Assembly: GCA_021819035.1 (NCBI GenBank)
Contig: JAKASL010000001.1
Coordinates: forward strand, 1,013,524 to 1,037,523
Direction of reading: 5' to 3'
DNA from: an archaeon
GTDB lineage: Archaea; Thermoproteota; Nitrososphaeria; Nitrososphaerales; Gagatemarchaeaceae
Length of the DNA stretch: 24,000 nt
Shown here: one piece after another, positions 1 to 8,240 of the stretch
Layout: every line of letters begins with the position of its first letter
How positions within the stretch are numbered: position 1 is the first letter of the stretch
Translations under genes and position numbers: made by a program
The notes under the pieces: model-generated
Databases searched by the model: none
Seen by the model: the letters and a program-made list of their open reading frames with translations, nothing else
What the model was told of the DNA's origin: nothing

Positions 1-165
1 GGCTCTCAGGTTCGGGCCCCGGGCGAGCCGGTGCCCCTCTTCTTCCACTGCCACCCATGCCCTGAACTCCCCGGCGTTCTTGAGGGAGTCCAGATGCCCG
101 AAGGTCGCAGTCGTCCCCCTCGAAGCCACGACGTCGGAGTTCGAGACGAAATTGGGTCGCCCCAT
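1..165 (-). CDS. Partial hypothetical protein running off the left edge (MGRPNFVSNSDVVASRGTTATFGHLDSLKNAGEFRAWVAVEEEGHRLARGPNLRA...)
   Basis: 55 open codons on the minus strand from an ATG at 165 to the window edge, with protein-like composition. It is missing from the supplied ORF track because it is truncated. No family recognised. Confidence 0.4.
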   Translation of the reverse strand, partial: MGRPNFVSNSDVVASRGTTATFGHLDSLKNAGEFRAWVAVEEEGHRLARGPNLRA

Positions 166-431
166 CAGTCCCACTTCCGCGAGAAGAGAGCCCTCAGGTC
201 CGCCTTCTCCAGCCCTTTGTATTCGTCTTTTACGTCCAGGGCGAAGGCGGGAACGCCGTTATCAGACGGAGCGGACATCCGGGCTGAATTTCGAAGTCCG
301 GGTGCCGACTATCCCATCCTCAGGTAGGCTGCGCCCGGAGCGGAAAGGACCCCCACATCAGGCCGGCACTTTTGGGGCGCCGGAGTTTGGGCACTAGATT
401 ATTAAGAAGGACAGGAACGAAGCCGCCAGTC

Positions 432-587
432 ATGGCCAGGGCTGTCGAGACCAAACAAGAACGTTCGCCCCCGCTCACCGAGGCCGAGGTCGAGGAGGCC
501 AGGGCGAGCCGGAAGGAGATCAGGGCGGGCAAAGCTAGAAGATTCGACAAAGTGCAGGACACGGCAAAGTGGCTAGACTCGGCCTAG
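432..587 (+). CDS. Small RelB-like antitoxin candidate
   Basis: MARAVETKQERSPPLTEAEVEEARASRKEIRAGKARRFDKVQDTAKWLDSA: short charged protein resembling archaeal RelB-type antitoxins, directly upstream of a RelE-like ORF. AT-rich element attattaag (398-406) lies about 30 nt upstream of the ATG. Confidence 0.55.
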   Translation: MARAVETKQERSPPLTEAEVEEARASRKEIRAGKARRFDKVQDTAKWLDSA

Positions 588-588
588 A

Positions 589-858
589 TTGACCTGGATC
601 ATCGTCCTGACCCCGACTTTCAAACGGGGGTACAAGAGGAAAGACGAGAGGATGAAGGGGCGGGTCCTTGAGGCGATCCACGTCCTCTCGGCGTCCGAGG
701 ACCCGAGGAGGTTTGGGGTCCCCAAGCACGGACAGCTCAGAGGGACGTTCGCCTATGAGCTCGGCAGCTCTAGCAGGATCCTCTATGCGGTGGATTCACG
801 GACCAGGGAGATCCTGTTTCTCAGGACCTGCTCTCACGCCGAAGTATACAGAGAGTGA
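589..858 (+). CDS. RelE/ParE-superfamily toxin-like protein
   Basis: TTG start 1 nt after the preceding stop. MTWIIVLTPTFKRGYKRKD...HGQLRGTFAYELGSSSRILYAVDSRTREILFLRTCSHAEVYRE matches the RelE-like pattern (L.G.w.y....yRi.Y.vd.....i.l...g.H.evY). Confidence 0.7.
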   Translation: MTWIIVLTPTFKRGYKRKDERMKGRVLEAIHVLSASEDPRRFGVPKHGQLRGTFAYELGSSSRILYAVDSRTREILFLRTCSHAEVYRE

Positions 859-1041
859 GGGAGGCGTTAGGTTCGGGGAAGCGCTCGGCCCTCACCTAGA
901 GCATAGAGACGCCTGGCTGGATTAGAACAGGTCAATCCAAGCGACTAGAGACGGACCCCGACTATCTCGCTTTCGAACATGATGCCTCGACTCCGAGCCT
1001 TTCGACGTCCTTCCGAACCTCTTCTGATTCTTCGTAAGTTT

Positions 1042-1431
1042 TTAGGTCGTTATGACAAACTTGTACCCGTAGAAGATCTGCCCCGACTCCCCGTCCACCT
1101 TGGCCCTCCTCACGGTCGCCCTGACCTTTGCCCCCGACTTCACGGCCTCTGGTGGGGAGTCGACGATCTGGGTGAGCACCTTGGCTCCGTTGTCCAGCCT
1201 CACCACGGCGAGGTAGAAGGGGGACTGTGCCTCGAAGCCGGGGAGTGGCTCGTGCAGCAGGGTGTGGGTCAGTATCTTGCCTCTCCTGGGCATCTCCCTG
1301 TCTGCGATGTCCTCGGACCCGCACTTCTTGCACCTATAGACCGGCGGGAAGAACTCGGCCCCGCAGGCGCCGCAACGGCTGCCGATGAGCCGGTAGTACC
1401 TGTCCCTTATCCTCCAGTACTGGATGGCCAA
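1042..1431 (-). CDS. Zn-ribbon/OB-fold DUF35-type protein, scaffold partner of thiolase/HMG-CoA synthase
   Basis: CGACGAEFFPPVYRCKKCGSEDI rubredoxin-like Zn ribbon followed by an OB fold. TTG start immediately after the thiolase stop. Confidence 0.88.
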   Translation of the reverse strand: MAIQYWRIRDRYYRLIGSRCGACGAEFFPPVYRCKKCGSEDIADREMPRRGKILTHTLLHEPLPGFEAQSPFYLAVVRLDNGAKVLTQIVDSPPEAVKSGAKVRATVRRAKVDGESGQIFYGYKFVITT

Positions 1432-2595
1432 CTATGACACTCTCCCGAAGACGTGCACCGCGCTGGTGGAGTCCACCCCTCCTATGTTCTGGGTTGCGGC
1501 ATACTCCGCCCCCTCGACCTGGTTCTTCCCCGCTTTCCCGGTCAGCTGGAGGAACGCCTCGGCTATCTGGTACATCCCGGTAGCCCCCACAGGATGCCCC
1601 CTGGCCTTCAGCCCCCCGAAGGTGTTGATCGGGAGCTCGCCGCCCCGTGAGTACTTCCCTGCCTTGGCGTCCTTGGAGCCCTGGCCGCGCTTCGAGTACC
1701 CCATGGCCTCCAGGGAGAGCGCCCCGACGACAGAGAAAGCGTCGTGGACCTCCAACAGGCTGAGCTTCCCTGGCGCCACACCCGCCTCCGCCATGGCCCC
1801 TTTGAACGCCTCCCTCGTTGCCGCGAAGTCCAGCATGTCGTCCCTCTCGTACACGCTGAACTCGCTGGTCGCGATCTTCCCTCCCAGGACCTCCATGTAC
1901 CTCCCCTTGGTCCCCGCCAGGGCCCGGTCGTTCACGATCAGGACAGCCGCGGCGCCGTCCCCCACAGGTGCGCAGTCGAAGAGCCTCAGCGGGTCCGAGA
2001 TGAGGGCAGACCTGGACACCACGTCGGCCGTGATCGCCTTCCTGAACTGGGCGTGCTCGGCTGTGACGGCGTTGGCGTGGTCCAGGACAGGTATCGCGCT
2101 CAGCTCGTCTCTGGTGACGTTCTCCTGCTCCATGTAGAGGTTGGCCAGGAGGCCGTTCAGCGCTGCGAACGTCGCGCCGACGAACTGGGTGTACTCGGCC
2201 GACTCCGCCATGGCCAGGGCCCGGGACGCGTCCTCGGGCTCGAGGTCTCTCATCTTCTCTACCCCGACGACCAGGGCGCTATCTATCGCCCCCGACTTCA
2301 CCAGCTTGTACCCTATGTTGAAGGCCGAACCCCCAGAAGCGCAGGCAGCCTCCACCTTGAACGCCGGCGTCCCCCGGAGGCCCAGCGCGCTGGTCACCAG
2401 GGCCCCGAGGTGCTCCTGGCTCGCCCCCACGGCGCTGAACATGTTCCCCACTATCACCTGGTCGACCTTCTTCACTCCGAGCCCCGCCAGGGCCCCCCTC
2501 GACGCCTCCACGGCCAGGTCGAGGAGGGACTTCTCCCAGTGGTCCCCGATTGGGGTCAGTCCGACCGAGGCCACGTACGCCCTTTGTCCGCTCAC
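1432..2595 (-). CDS. Thiolase / acetyl-CoA C-acetyltransferase family protein
   Basis: 387 aa with thiolase signatures AFKVEAACASGGSAFNIGYKLV, EVHDAFSV and NTFGGLKARGHPVGATG, adjacent to HMG-CoA synthase. Confidence 0.92.
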   Translation of the reverse strand: MSGQRAYVASVGLTPIGDHWEKSLLDLAVEASRGALAGLGVKKVDQVIVGNMFSAVGASQEHLGALVTSALGLRGTPAFKVEAACASGGSAFNIGYKLVKSGAIDSALVVGVEKMRDLEPEDASRALAMAESAEYTQFVGATFAALNGLLANLYMEQENVTRDELSAIPVLDHANAVTAEHAQFRKAITADVVSRSALISDPLRLFDCAPVGDGAAAVLIVNDRALAGTKGRYMEVLGGKIATSEFSVYERDDMLDFAATREAFKGAMAEAGVAPGKLSLLEVHDAFSVVGALSLEAMGYSKRGQGSKDAKAGKYSRGGELPINTFGGLKARGHPVGATGMYQIAEAFLQLTGKAGKNQVEGAEYAATQNIGGVDSTSAVHVFGRVS

Positions 2596-2603
2596 ACGAT
2601 CGC

Positions 2604-3647
2604 CTACTTGTGCAGCTTGTCCCTGAACTTCGAGTATGTGGAGTAGTCGATCTTGGTGCTCCGCTCCAGCATCGACTTCACGGTGGGATTTATCCCCCTC
2701 GAGCCAGTGATCCCTTCCGAGACCTCAATGGAGAAGGCGTCCGAGCCCGCACCTGAGCCGAAGCTCGCCATGAGTATCTTGTCCCCGGGGCTGGCCTCGT
2801 CCAGGACCGCCGCCAGGCCTATTGGTGAGCTCCCCGAGTATGTGTTGCCTATCAGGGGGTTGAGGAGCCCGGTCTTGATCTGCTCCATCGTGAACCCCAG
2901 CCTGGATGCCACCTCGACCGGGAACCTCGGGTTCGGCTGGTGGAAGACCGCGTACTTGAAGTCCGAGGGCTTGTGCCCGGTCTCCTCGAAGAGGGTCCTG
3001 ACCGAGTTTTCGATGTGATAGAAGTACGCCGGCTCCCCGGTGAACCTGGACAGGTGCCTCGGGTACCTTTCGTGGGCCCTCCGCCAGAAGTCCCCGGTGT
3101 CTGAGACGAACGAGGTGCTGCAGTCTATGACAGCCAGCGCCTTCTTTGAATTCCTGCCTATCACATAGGCGGCCCCCCCGCTGGCCGCCGTGTACTCCAG
3201 GTCGTCCCCGGGCCTCCCCTGGGCGGTATCCATCCCGACTGCCAGCCCCGCCTCGATCATCCCCGACCCGACCAGCCCAGTCACTATCTGCATCGCCTCG
3301 GTCCCTGCCTTGCAGGCGAACTCCAGGTCCGCCGCCAGGGCGTGGTGCTGGCCCAGCGCCTGGGCGACCATCGTGCTGGAGGGCTTCACGGCGTAGGGCT
3401 TCGATTCCGTCCCCACGAAGACGGCCCCCAGCTTCTCCGCCCCGGCCATCTTCATGGCGTACCGCGACGCCTCGATGGCCATGGTCACGGTGTCCTCGTC
3501 TATGGAGGCCACGGCCTTCTCGACGTTCGGCCCTGAGCCTCCCCCCTTCCAGACGCGCGCTATCTCTGTCGTCGGGAGCCTGTAGTAGGGGACGTAGGCG
3601 CCGTACCCCAATATGGCTGCCTTATCCTTGCTCTGCATCAGGTACAA
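2604..3647 (-). CDS. Hydroxymethylglutaryl-CoA synthase, archaeal type
   Basis: 347 aa: ILGYGAYVPYYRLPTTEIARVW, DLEFACKAGTEAM (Cys nucleophile region), HQPNPRFPVEVASRLGF, GNTYSGSSPIGLA. TTG start with ctaattaaa about 32 nt upstream, or an ATG at 3638. Confidence 0.92.
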   Translation of the reverse strand: MYLMQSKDKAAILGYGAYVPYYRLPTTEIARVWKGGGSGPNVEKAVASIDEDTVTMAIEASRYAMKMAGAEKLGAVFVGTESKPYAVKPSSTMVAQALGQHHALAADLEFACKAGTEAMQIVTGLVGSGMIEAGLAVGMDTAQGRPGDDLEYTAASGGAAYVIGRNSKKALAVIDCSTSFVSDTGDFWRRAHERYPRHLSRFTGEPAYFYHIENSVRTLFEETGHKPSDFKYAVFHQPNPRFPVEVASRLGFTMEQIKTGLLNPLIGNTYSGSSPIGLAAVLDEASPGDKILMASFGSGAGSDAFSIEVSEGITGSRGINPTVKSMLERSTKIDYSTYSKFRDKLHK

Positions 3648-3728
3648 AGTGGTCAGGCCGGCGGACTTGAGCGGCTAATTAAACTGTGAACAGCGGATAG
3701 GCAATCGACGAACCATGCGCCAGTGCGC

Positions 3729-3941
3729 TCAGATGGCCTTGATCTGCTTGACCACTGACGGCCTCGCCTTGCGGAAGACCCTGTACCCGCAGATGCACTT
3801 CACTTCGGGGAGCCTCGACAGCTCCTCCTGGGTGGTCTTGGTCCCGCACCTGACGCACTCGTAGACCGCGCCTGCGAAGACCTTGGCTGGCTGCTCTTTG
3901 GCCGTCGTCTCCGGGGCTGCTGCGGGGGCCGCTTCGCTCAA
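3729..3941 (-). CDS. rpoP: DNA-directed RNA polymerase subunit P (Rpb12-like)
   Basis: VYECVRCGTKTTQEELSRLPEVKCICGYRVFRKARPSVVKQIKAI matches RpoP. TTG start at 3941 chosen because a TATA-like element lies at 3967-3976; the 171-aa track ORF is probably over-extended. Confidence 0.87.
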   Translation of the reverse strand: MSEAAPAAAPETTAKEQPAKVFAGAVYECVRCGTKTTQEELSRLPEVKCICGYRVFRKARPSVVKQIKAI

Positions 3942-4118
3942 TTCGCTGGGCCGCCTGCGGCCCCTCGTATTTCTATCTTGTGCCGCGAGGAACTGTAGGG
4001 GTGCTCGGCAACCCCAGGCCCCGCAGGGACCGAACCCTGGGAGTCGATGTTTCACCAGACCACCCGCGTCTGCGTCGCCAGCCAACGGTTTTGTATTTCT
4101 GGAGCTCGCTTTCGTCGA

Positions 4119-4355
4119 GTGGTACGGCTCGCCTTCGGCAGCTGCAGGAACTGCGGCCACGAGGTGGTCCTGCAGGGCGGAAGCTGGAAGCGCCACATAA
4201 CCCGCAGCGGCTTGCTCGGTCTCCCCCACCGGCCGACAGGACATGTGATGACGACGGACTGCAGGCGATGCTGTCCGTGCTCGTCACCGGCGCCCGACGA
4301 GTCGAGAGGGCGGAAGCCGAAGCTAGTCCTCCTCGGACGCCGCACCGACGGATAG
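4119..4355 (+). CDS. Candidate small Zn-ribbon protein (78 aa)
   Basis: GTG start 25 nt downstream of ttttgtattt (4089-4098). Translation MVRLAFGSCRNCGHEVVLQGGSWKRHITRSG...TTDCRRCCPCSSPAPDESRGRK has two CxxC knuckles and a W-x-x-H element. Lies in a gap with no other good ORF. Confidence 0.45.
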   Translation: MVRLAFGSCRNCGHEVVLQGGSWKRHITRSGLLGLPHRPTGHVMTTDCRRCCPCSSPAPDESRGRKPKLVLLGRRTDG

Positions 4356-4466
4356 CCCCGGAGGCGGCTCTGCGATGTCCAACGGCCGTCCGCGAAGGAC
4401 AGCCCCGGCCTGATCGGCTCTGCTCGCGGTCCTCCCACCACCCCGACGTCCGGCCCTGCCCTGGCT

Positions 4467-5015
4467 CTACCTGAACGCCGCCCCGATGAGCTTCAGCTGA
4501 TAGTGTCTCGTCCTCTTCGATTCGGCCTCGTCGTTGGCCGAGGAGAGGTAGCCGTACTGGACCAGCCTCGCCCCTGACCTCAAGGCGTGCTTCAGTATCT
4601 CGATGTGTATCGTCATGTCCACGGCCTTCAGCGGCGGGAGGGACCTCATCAGGTCCAGGGACAGCCTGCAGAGGCCGCTCGTGGAGTCCCTGACCCGCCT
4701 CCTCTCCAGCAGGGAGAAGAAGAGCGAGAACGACTTGGACTGGATCCCGATGTTCTCCCTGTATGGCAGGACCAGGAACGGCCCTCCCCCGAAGTCCCCC
4801 GCCGCGAGCTTGGCTATCTCAACCGGAGGGTGGTATCCGTCCGTGTCAGCGGTGACGAGATCCATACCTCCCCGCATAGCCTCCGCTATCGCCTCCCTGT
4901 ATGCGTCGGCGTAGTTGGGCGTCTTGTTGACGTAGACCTCATACCTCTCGTCTGCTGGGACTGCTATCTTCGGCTCCCGCTCTGGGTGGCACATCAGGGA
5001 GACGAGTGCCTTCAT
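4467..5015 (-). CDS. Compact GT2/dolichyl-phosphate mannosyltransferase-like protein
   Basis: YADAYREAIAEAMRGGMDLVTADTDGYHPPVEIAKL (DxD-like) ... RENIGIQSKSFSLFFSLLERRRVRDSTSGLCRLSLDLM; overall GT-A layout but only 182 aa. Confidence 0.6.
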   Translation of the reverse strand: MKALVSLMCHPEREPKIAVPADERYEVYVNKTPNYADAYREAIAEAMRGGMDLVTADTDGYHPPVEIAKLAAGDFGGGPFLVLPYRENIGIQSKSFSLFFSLLERRRVRDSTSGLCRLSLDLMRSLPPLKAVDMTIHIEILKHALRSGARLVQYGYLSSANDEAESKRTRHYQLKLIGAAFR

Positions 5016-5024
5016 GCGCCCACG

Positions 5025-6137
5025 CTACAGGTGCTCGCGCGCTGCCGCCAGGAACGAGTCCGCGACAGTCTCGAGCTCTTCCTCGGTCAGCCCTGGGTGG
5101 CACGGGACCGAGAGGACGTGCCTGGCGGCGTCCTCGGTCACGGCCAGCTTCTTCTCGGCGTAGCCTAGCTCCCTGTAAAGCGGGGTCCTGTGCACCGGCG
5201 TCGGCCAGTAGACCGCCGACCCCACCCCGGCGGCCTTCAGGGCCTGCTGGACCTTGCCCCTGTTCTTCCTGAGGTGCAGTGTGTAGAGGTAGAAGGCGTG
5301 CGTCCTGTCGCCTGCGTCCTGGGTGAACTTCGCACCGCGGATTCCCGCCAGCCGCTCGCCGAGGTACTTCGCGTTCTTCGCCCTGGCCCTCAGGAACCCT
5401 TCCAGCCTGTCCATCTGGACAGACGCAAGGGCCGCGCTCACCTCAGGCATGCGGTAGTTGTACCCCAGGCATCTGGAGTCGTAGCCGTGGACCTGGCCGT
5501 GATTCCTGACAAGCCTGAGCCTGTCGGCGAGCCCGGCGTCGTCCGTCGATATGGCGCCCCCCTCCCCCGAAGTGACAACCTTGGTGGCGTACAGACTGAA
5601 GCACCCCGCGTCCGAGAGCTTTCCAGTCTGGGTCCCCCTGTAGGTCGCCCCCAGGGACTCGGCCGCGTCCTCGACCACCCATATTGACCTCGCCGCGGCG
5701 ATTTCACGTATCTCGTCCATGTCAGCCGGATAACCGTAGACGTGGACCGGTATGACCGCCTTCGTCTTCCTGGTCACCGCCTTCTTCAGGGCCTCCGGGT
5801 CCATGTTGTAGTCCTCCTTTACGTCGACGAATACCGGCTTTGCCCCGCATGCGAGGACGACGTTGGCTGTCGCCAGAAAAGTGAAGGAAGGGACGATCAC
5901 TTCGTCCCCGGACGCGACGCCGAGGGCCATCAGGACCGTGTGCAGGGCGGCGGTCCCGGAGTTCACGGCGACCGCGTCCCTCGTCCCGAGCAGACGCTTC
6001 ACCTTCCCCTCGAACTCCCTCACCCACGGCCCTCCCTCGTAGGACGCGTTGACCAGCATCCCTGAAGAGACGACGTCCAGGACGGCCTTCTTCTCTTCCT
6101 CCCCGATGAGTGGCTTGTTTACCGGGATGAAACCCAA
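5025..6137 (-). CDS. DegT/DnrJ/EryC1/StrS family PLP-dependent aminotransferase
   Basis: GTRDAVAVNSGTAALHTVLMALGVASGDEVIVPSFTF...VVEDAAESLGATYRGTQTGKLSDAGCFSLYATKVVTSGEGG; GYNYRMPEVSAALASVQ. Start placed at TTG 6137 (MGFIPVNKPLIGEEEK) about 30 nt from cttttaag 6164-6171; the track ORF extends to 6203. Confidence 0.92.
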   Translation of the reverse strand: MGFIPVNKPLIGEEEKKAVLDVVSSGMLVNASYEGGPWVREFEGKVKRLLGTRDAVAVNSGTAALHTVLMALGVASGDEVIVPSFTFLATANVVLACGAKPVFVDVKEDYNMDPEALKKAVTRKTKAVIPVHVYGYPADMDEIREIAAARSIWVVEDAAESLGATYRGTQTGKLSDAGCFSLYATKVVTSGEGGAISTDDAGLADRLRLVRNHGQVHGYDSRCLGYNYRMPEVSAALASVQMDRLEGFLRARAKNAKYLGERLAGIRGAKFTQDAGDRTHAFYLYTLHLRKNRGKVQQALKAAGVGSAVYWPTPVHRTPLYRELGYAEKKLAVTEDAARHVLSVPCHPGLTEEELETVADSFLAAAREHL

Positions 6138-6209
6138 AGGCAGACGGGCCTGCCCTTGCTTCGCTTTTAAGTTCGGCACCCCCGCCGGGGCGCCCGGTTC
6201 CATAACAGC

Positions 6210-7217
6210 TTGCCAGAAAGCTCACCCAGAGGACGCGTCCTCACCAGTCCCGTGTTCCTGGCCGCCATCTGCGCGGGCCTCGCCGTAAGGGTCGCCCTTG
6301 TGTTAGTCCACCCGCTGCACCTCACTGACGTGTCGTACTACGACGTCCAGGCGGTGCAGTACCTCCTCCGCGGGGTGGACCCCTACGGCGCTTACTACTC
6401 GGCCCCGTCGGCCCTCGCCACCCCGGGGGCCGCAGAGGTCTTCGCCTACCTACCAGGGGTCTTCTCCTTCATCGCGCCTGCCGGGGCCCTCGGCACGACA
6501 ACCCTTGGGATGGTGGCGTCTGACCTGGTGGCTGCGCTGTCCGTCCGCCTCCTCGGCCCCAGGGGGGCTCTCCCTTCCCTGGCCTACTTCCTCTTCCCCC
6601 CGGTCGTCCTGTTCTCGACCTACTTCGTCAACGACTCTCTCCCCGCCATAGCGTTCGTAGCCGTTGCGGTGGCGGCCGAGGCCAAAGGGAGGCCCAACGC
6701 GTCGGGGGTCTTCTGGGGGCTCGCCTTCGGTTCGAGCGTCGAGGCCTGGCTCGCCTTCCCCTTCCTCGCGGCGTTCTCCATCCGCAGGGGAAGGGCCTTC
6801 CCTCCGCTCCTCGCCGTCCTGACTGCGGCGGCGGTCGTCCTCCCGTTCCTGGCCTGGTCCCCTGCCGCGTTCATACAGGATACCCTGCTGTTCCAGTTCC
6901 AGCGGTCCCCGGTCCCCTTCCTCTACTCTGGTCCCTTCGGGCTCAGCCTGAACCCGAGCCTCCAGGGAGTCTTCGTGAGCCTGGGCAGCGCTGCCCCGCC
7001 GGCCCTTAGGGGGCTGCTGGTCCTCGTGGCCCTGGGGGCCCTCCTCTGGCGCTTCGACGGGAGCCTGAGGGGGCTGGCCCTGCGCTCTGCCTGCTTCTCC
7101 GCCCTCTCCCTCTTCCTCCTCCCCGGCGTCGCCTTTTGGAGCTACTTCGAGCTCCCTCTGATGCTCTTGGCGGCGTGGTACGCCCTCGGCGGCGGGCGGC
7201 GCCTTGCCAAGGCTTAA
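6210..7217 (+). CDS. Polytopic membrane protein, GT-C / mannosyltransferase-like
   Basis: 335 aa with many hydrophobic helices and an N-terminal loop VHPLHLTDVSYYDVQAVQYLLRGVDPYGAYY, typical of GT-C glycosyltransferase-like proteins. Confidence 0.65.
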   Translation: MPESSPRGRVLTSPVFLAAICAGLAVRVALVLVHPLHLTDVSYYDVQAVQYLLRGVDPYGAYYSAPSALATPGAAEVFAYLPGVFSFIAPAGALGTTTLGMVASDLVAALSVRLLGPRGALPSLAYFLFPPVVLFSTYFVNDSLPAIAFVAVAVAAEAKGRPNASGVFWGLAFGSSVEAWLAFPFLAAFSIRRGRAFPPLLAVLTAAAVVLPFLAWSPAAFIQDTLLFQFQRSPVPFLYSGPFGLSLNPSLQGVFVSLGSAAPPALRGLLVLVALGALLWRFDGSLRGLALRSACFSALSLFLLPGVAFWSYFELPLMLLAAWYALGGGRRLAKA

Positions 7218-7246
7218 AGAGCAGAGCTGGAAGTCGCAGACCCCCG

Positions 7247-7777
7247 ATGAGCGACGGAGCCAGGCAGATGTACAAGATCGTGGCCTGGGTGTCGTTCGCG
7301 ATCATCGTGGTAGTCGCGGTCTACGGCATCACGAGGTCGCTCTACTTCACAGACGAGCCCATCGGCAAGGCCCTGGTGGACGTCTACTTCCCGTTCCCTC
7401 CATACTTCGCCCAGCCGATCACCTACTTCAGCGTCGCCTGTGTCGCCCTCTTCTACAGCGGCCTGAGGATCTGGGAGGACACGGTCTCGAGGTGGCCCCA
7501 CTGGCTGCTCATGTTCCTCCAGCTCTTCGGCTTCGTGATCGCTTTCTCAGCCGCCTACGAAGTGATGTACAACTTCATGGTCTGGGGGGCGCTCTTCTCG
7601 GTGTCCTGCACCCCCCCGCCGGTCGGCCTTGGGAACTGCAACCCCGACACCCTGGCGACCACATACCCTTCCCAGTGGAGCCTTGTCTTCGCCACGAGGG
7701 CTTTCAGCGCCCTCTTCGCGATAAGCGGCTACTCGGTCTACTACCTGAGGAAGTTCTCGAAGTCCGGCTCGGTCTAG
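7247..7777 (+). CDS. Conserved-looking membrane protein of unknown function, about 4 TM helices
   Basis: MSDGARQMYKIVAWVSFAIIVVVAVYGITRSLYFTDEPIGKALVDVYFPFPPYFAQPITYFSV...; the upstream part of the track ORF overlaps the preceding gene in another frame and is not membrane-like. Confidence 0.6.
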   Translation: MSDGARQMYKIVAWVSFAIIVVVAVYGITRSLYFTDEPIGKALVDVYFPFPPYFAQPITYFSVACVALFYSGLRIWEDTVSRWPHWLLMFLQLFGFVIAFSAAYEVMYNFMVWGALFSVSCTPPPVGLGNCNPDTLATTYPSQWSLVFATRAFSALFAISGYSVYYLRKFSKSGSV

Positions 7778-8136
7778 ACCTGGAGCGGCTTCGCGGCCCC
7801 CGCGTACAGCAGGAAGACGTGGACCACAGCGAGGACGGCGAACGCCCCGAGCGCGGAGGCGGCCAGGGAAGAGAAGTCCCCCGCGAGCAGTGGGAACCAG
7901 GCGTACACCTGATATGACGATATCAGCAGACCGAGGGCAGCGCTCGAGACAGACCAGGAGAAGGTCAGCCTCCAACCCGGCCGGAGCTTCAGCAGCGCCC
8001 CGGACACGGCGCAGGCTGTCACAGGCCAGGCCATCAGGACAGACCCCCCTTCAACCCCCACCGCTATCCAGACGACGGCGATGGCCCAGAAGAAGTAGGG
8101 GGCATACCCCCTCAGCAGCTTCCCGACGTCAGGCAT
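7774..8136 (-). CDS. Small membrane protein of unknown function
   Basis: MPDVGKLLRGYAPYFFWAIAVVWIAVGVEGG...; ATG at 8136 is about 28 nt from ttataaat (8161-8168). The 3' end overlaps the convergent upstream CDS by 4 nt. Confidence 0.6.
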   Translation of the reverse strand: MPDVGKLLRGYAPYFFWAIAVVWIAVGVEGGSVLMAWPVTACAVSGALLKLRPGWRLTFSWSVSSAALGLLISSYQVYAWFPLLAGDFSSLAASALGAFAVLAVVHVFLLYAGAAKPLQV

Positions 8137-8240
8137 CCGAGGGGCGCCCCCCGGCACTCGTTATAAATCGTCCGCCGCCCCCGGCCTGGAGAAGCCGAGG
8201 TAGCCTTATCTGCCGAAGGAGTGCCGCTTAGCATTCACCA

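Noticed and set aside
962-1041. Protein-like tail NDLKTYEESEEVRKDVERLGVEASC downstream of the DUF35 gene stop in another frame
   Set aside because: The DUF35 protein already ends naturally at YGYKFVITT and the tail lacks its own start signal; most likely chance or minor 3' relic sequence.
3990-4062. tRNA-like segment on the minus strand (CAGGGTTCGGTCCCTG resembles a T arm)
   Set aside because: The loop is 6 nt with a 5-bp stem, and I could not build acceptor, D and anticodon arms. Kept only as a possible structured element.
4100-4466. RNase P RNA or SRP RNA candidate in the rpoP gap
   Set aside because: I looked for conserved GAGGAAAGUC/ACAGA-type and GGAAGG-AGCAG helix-8 motifs on both strands and found no convincing match. 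A covariance-model search would be needed.
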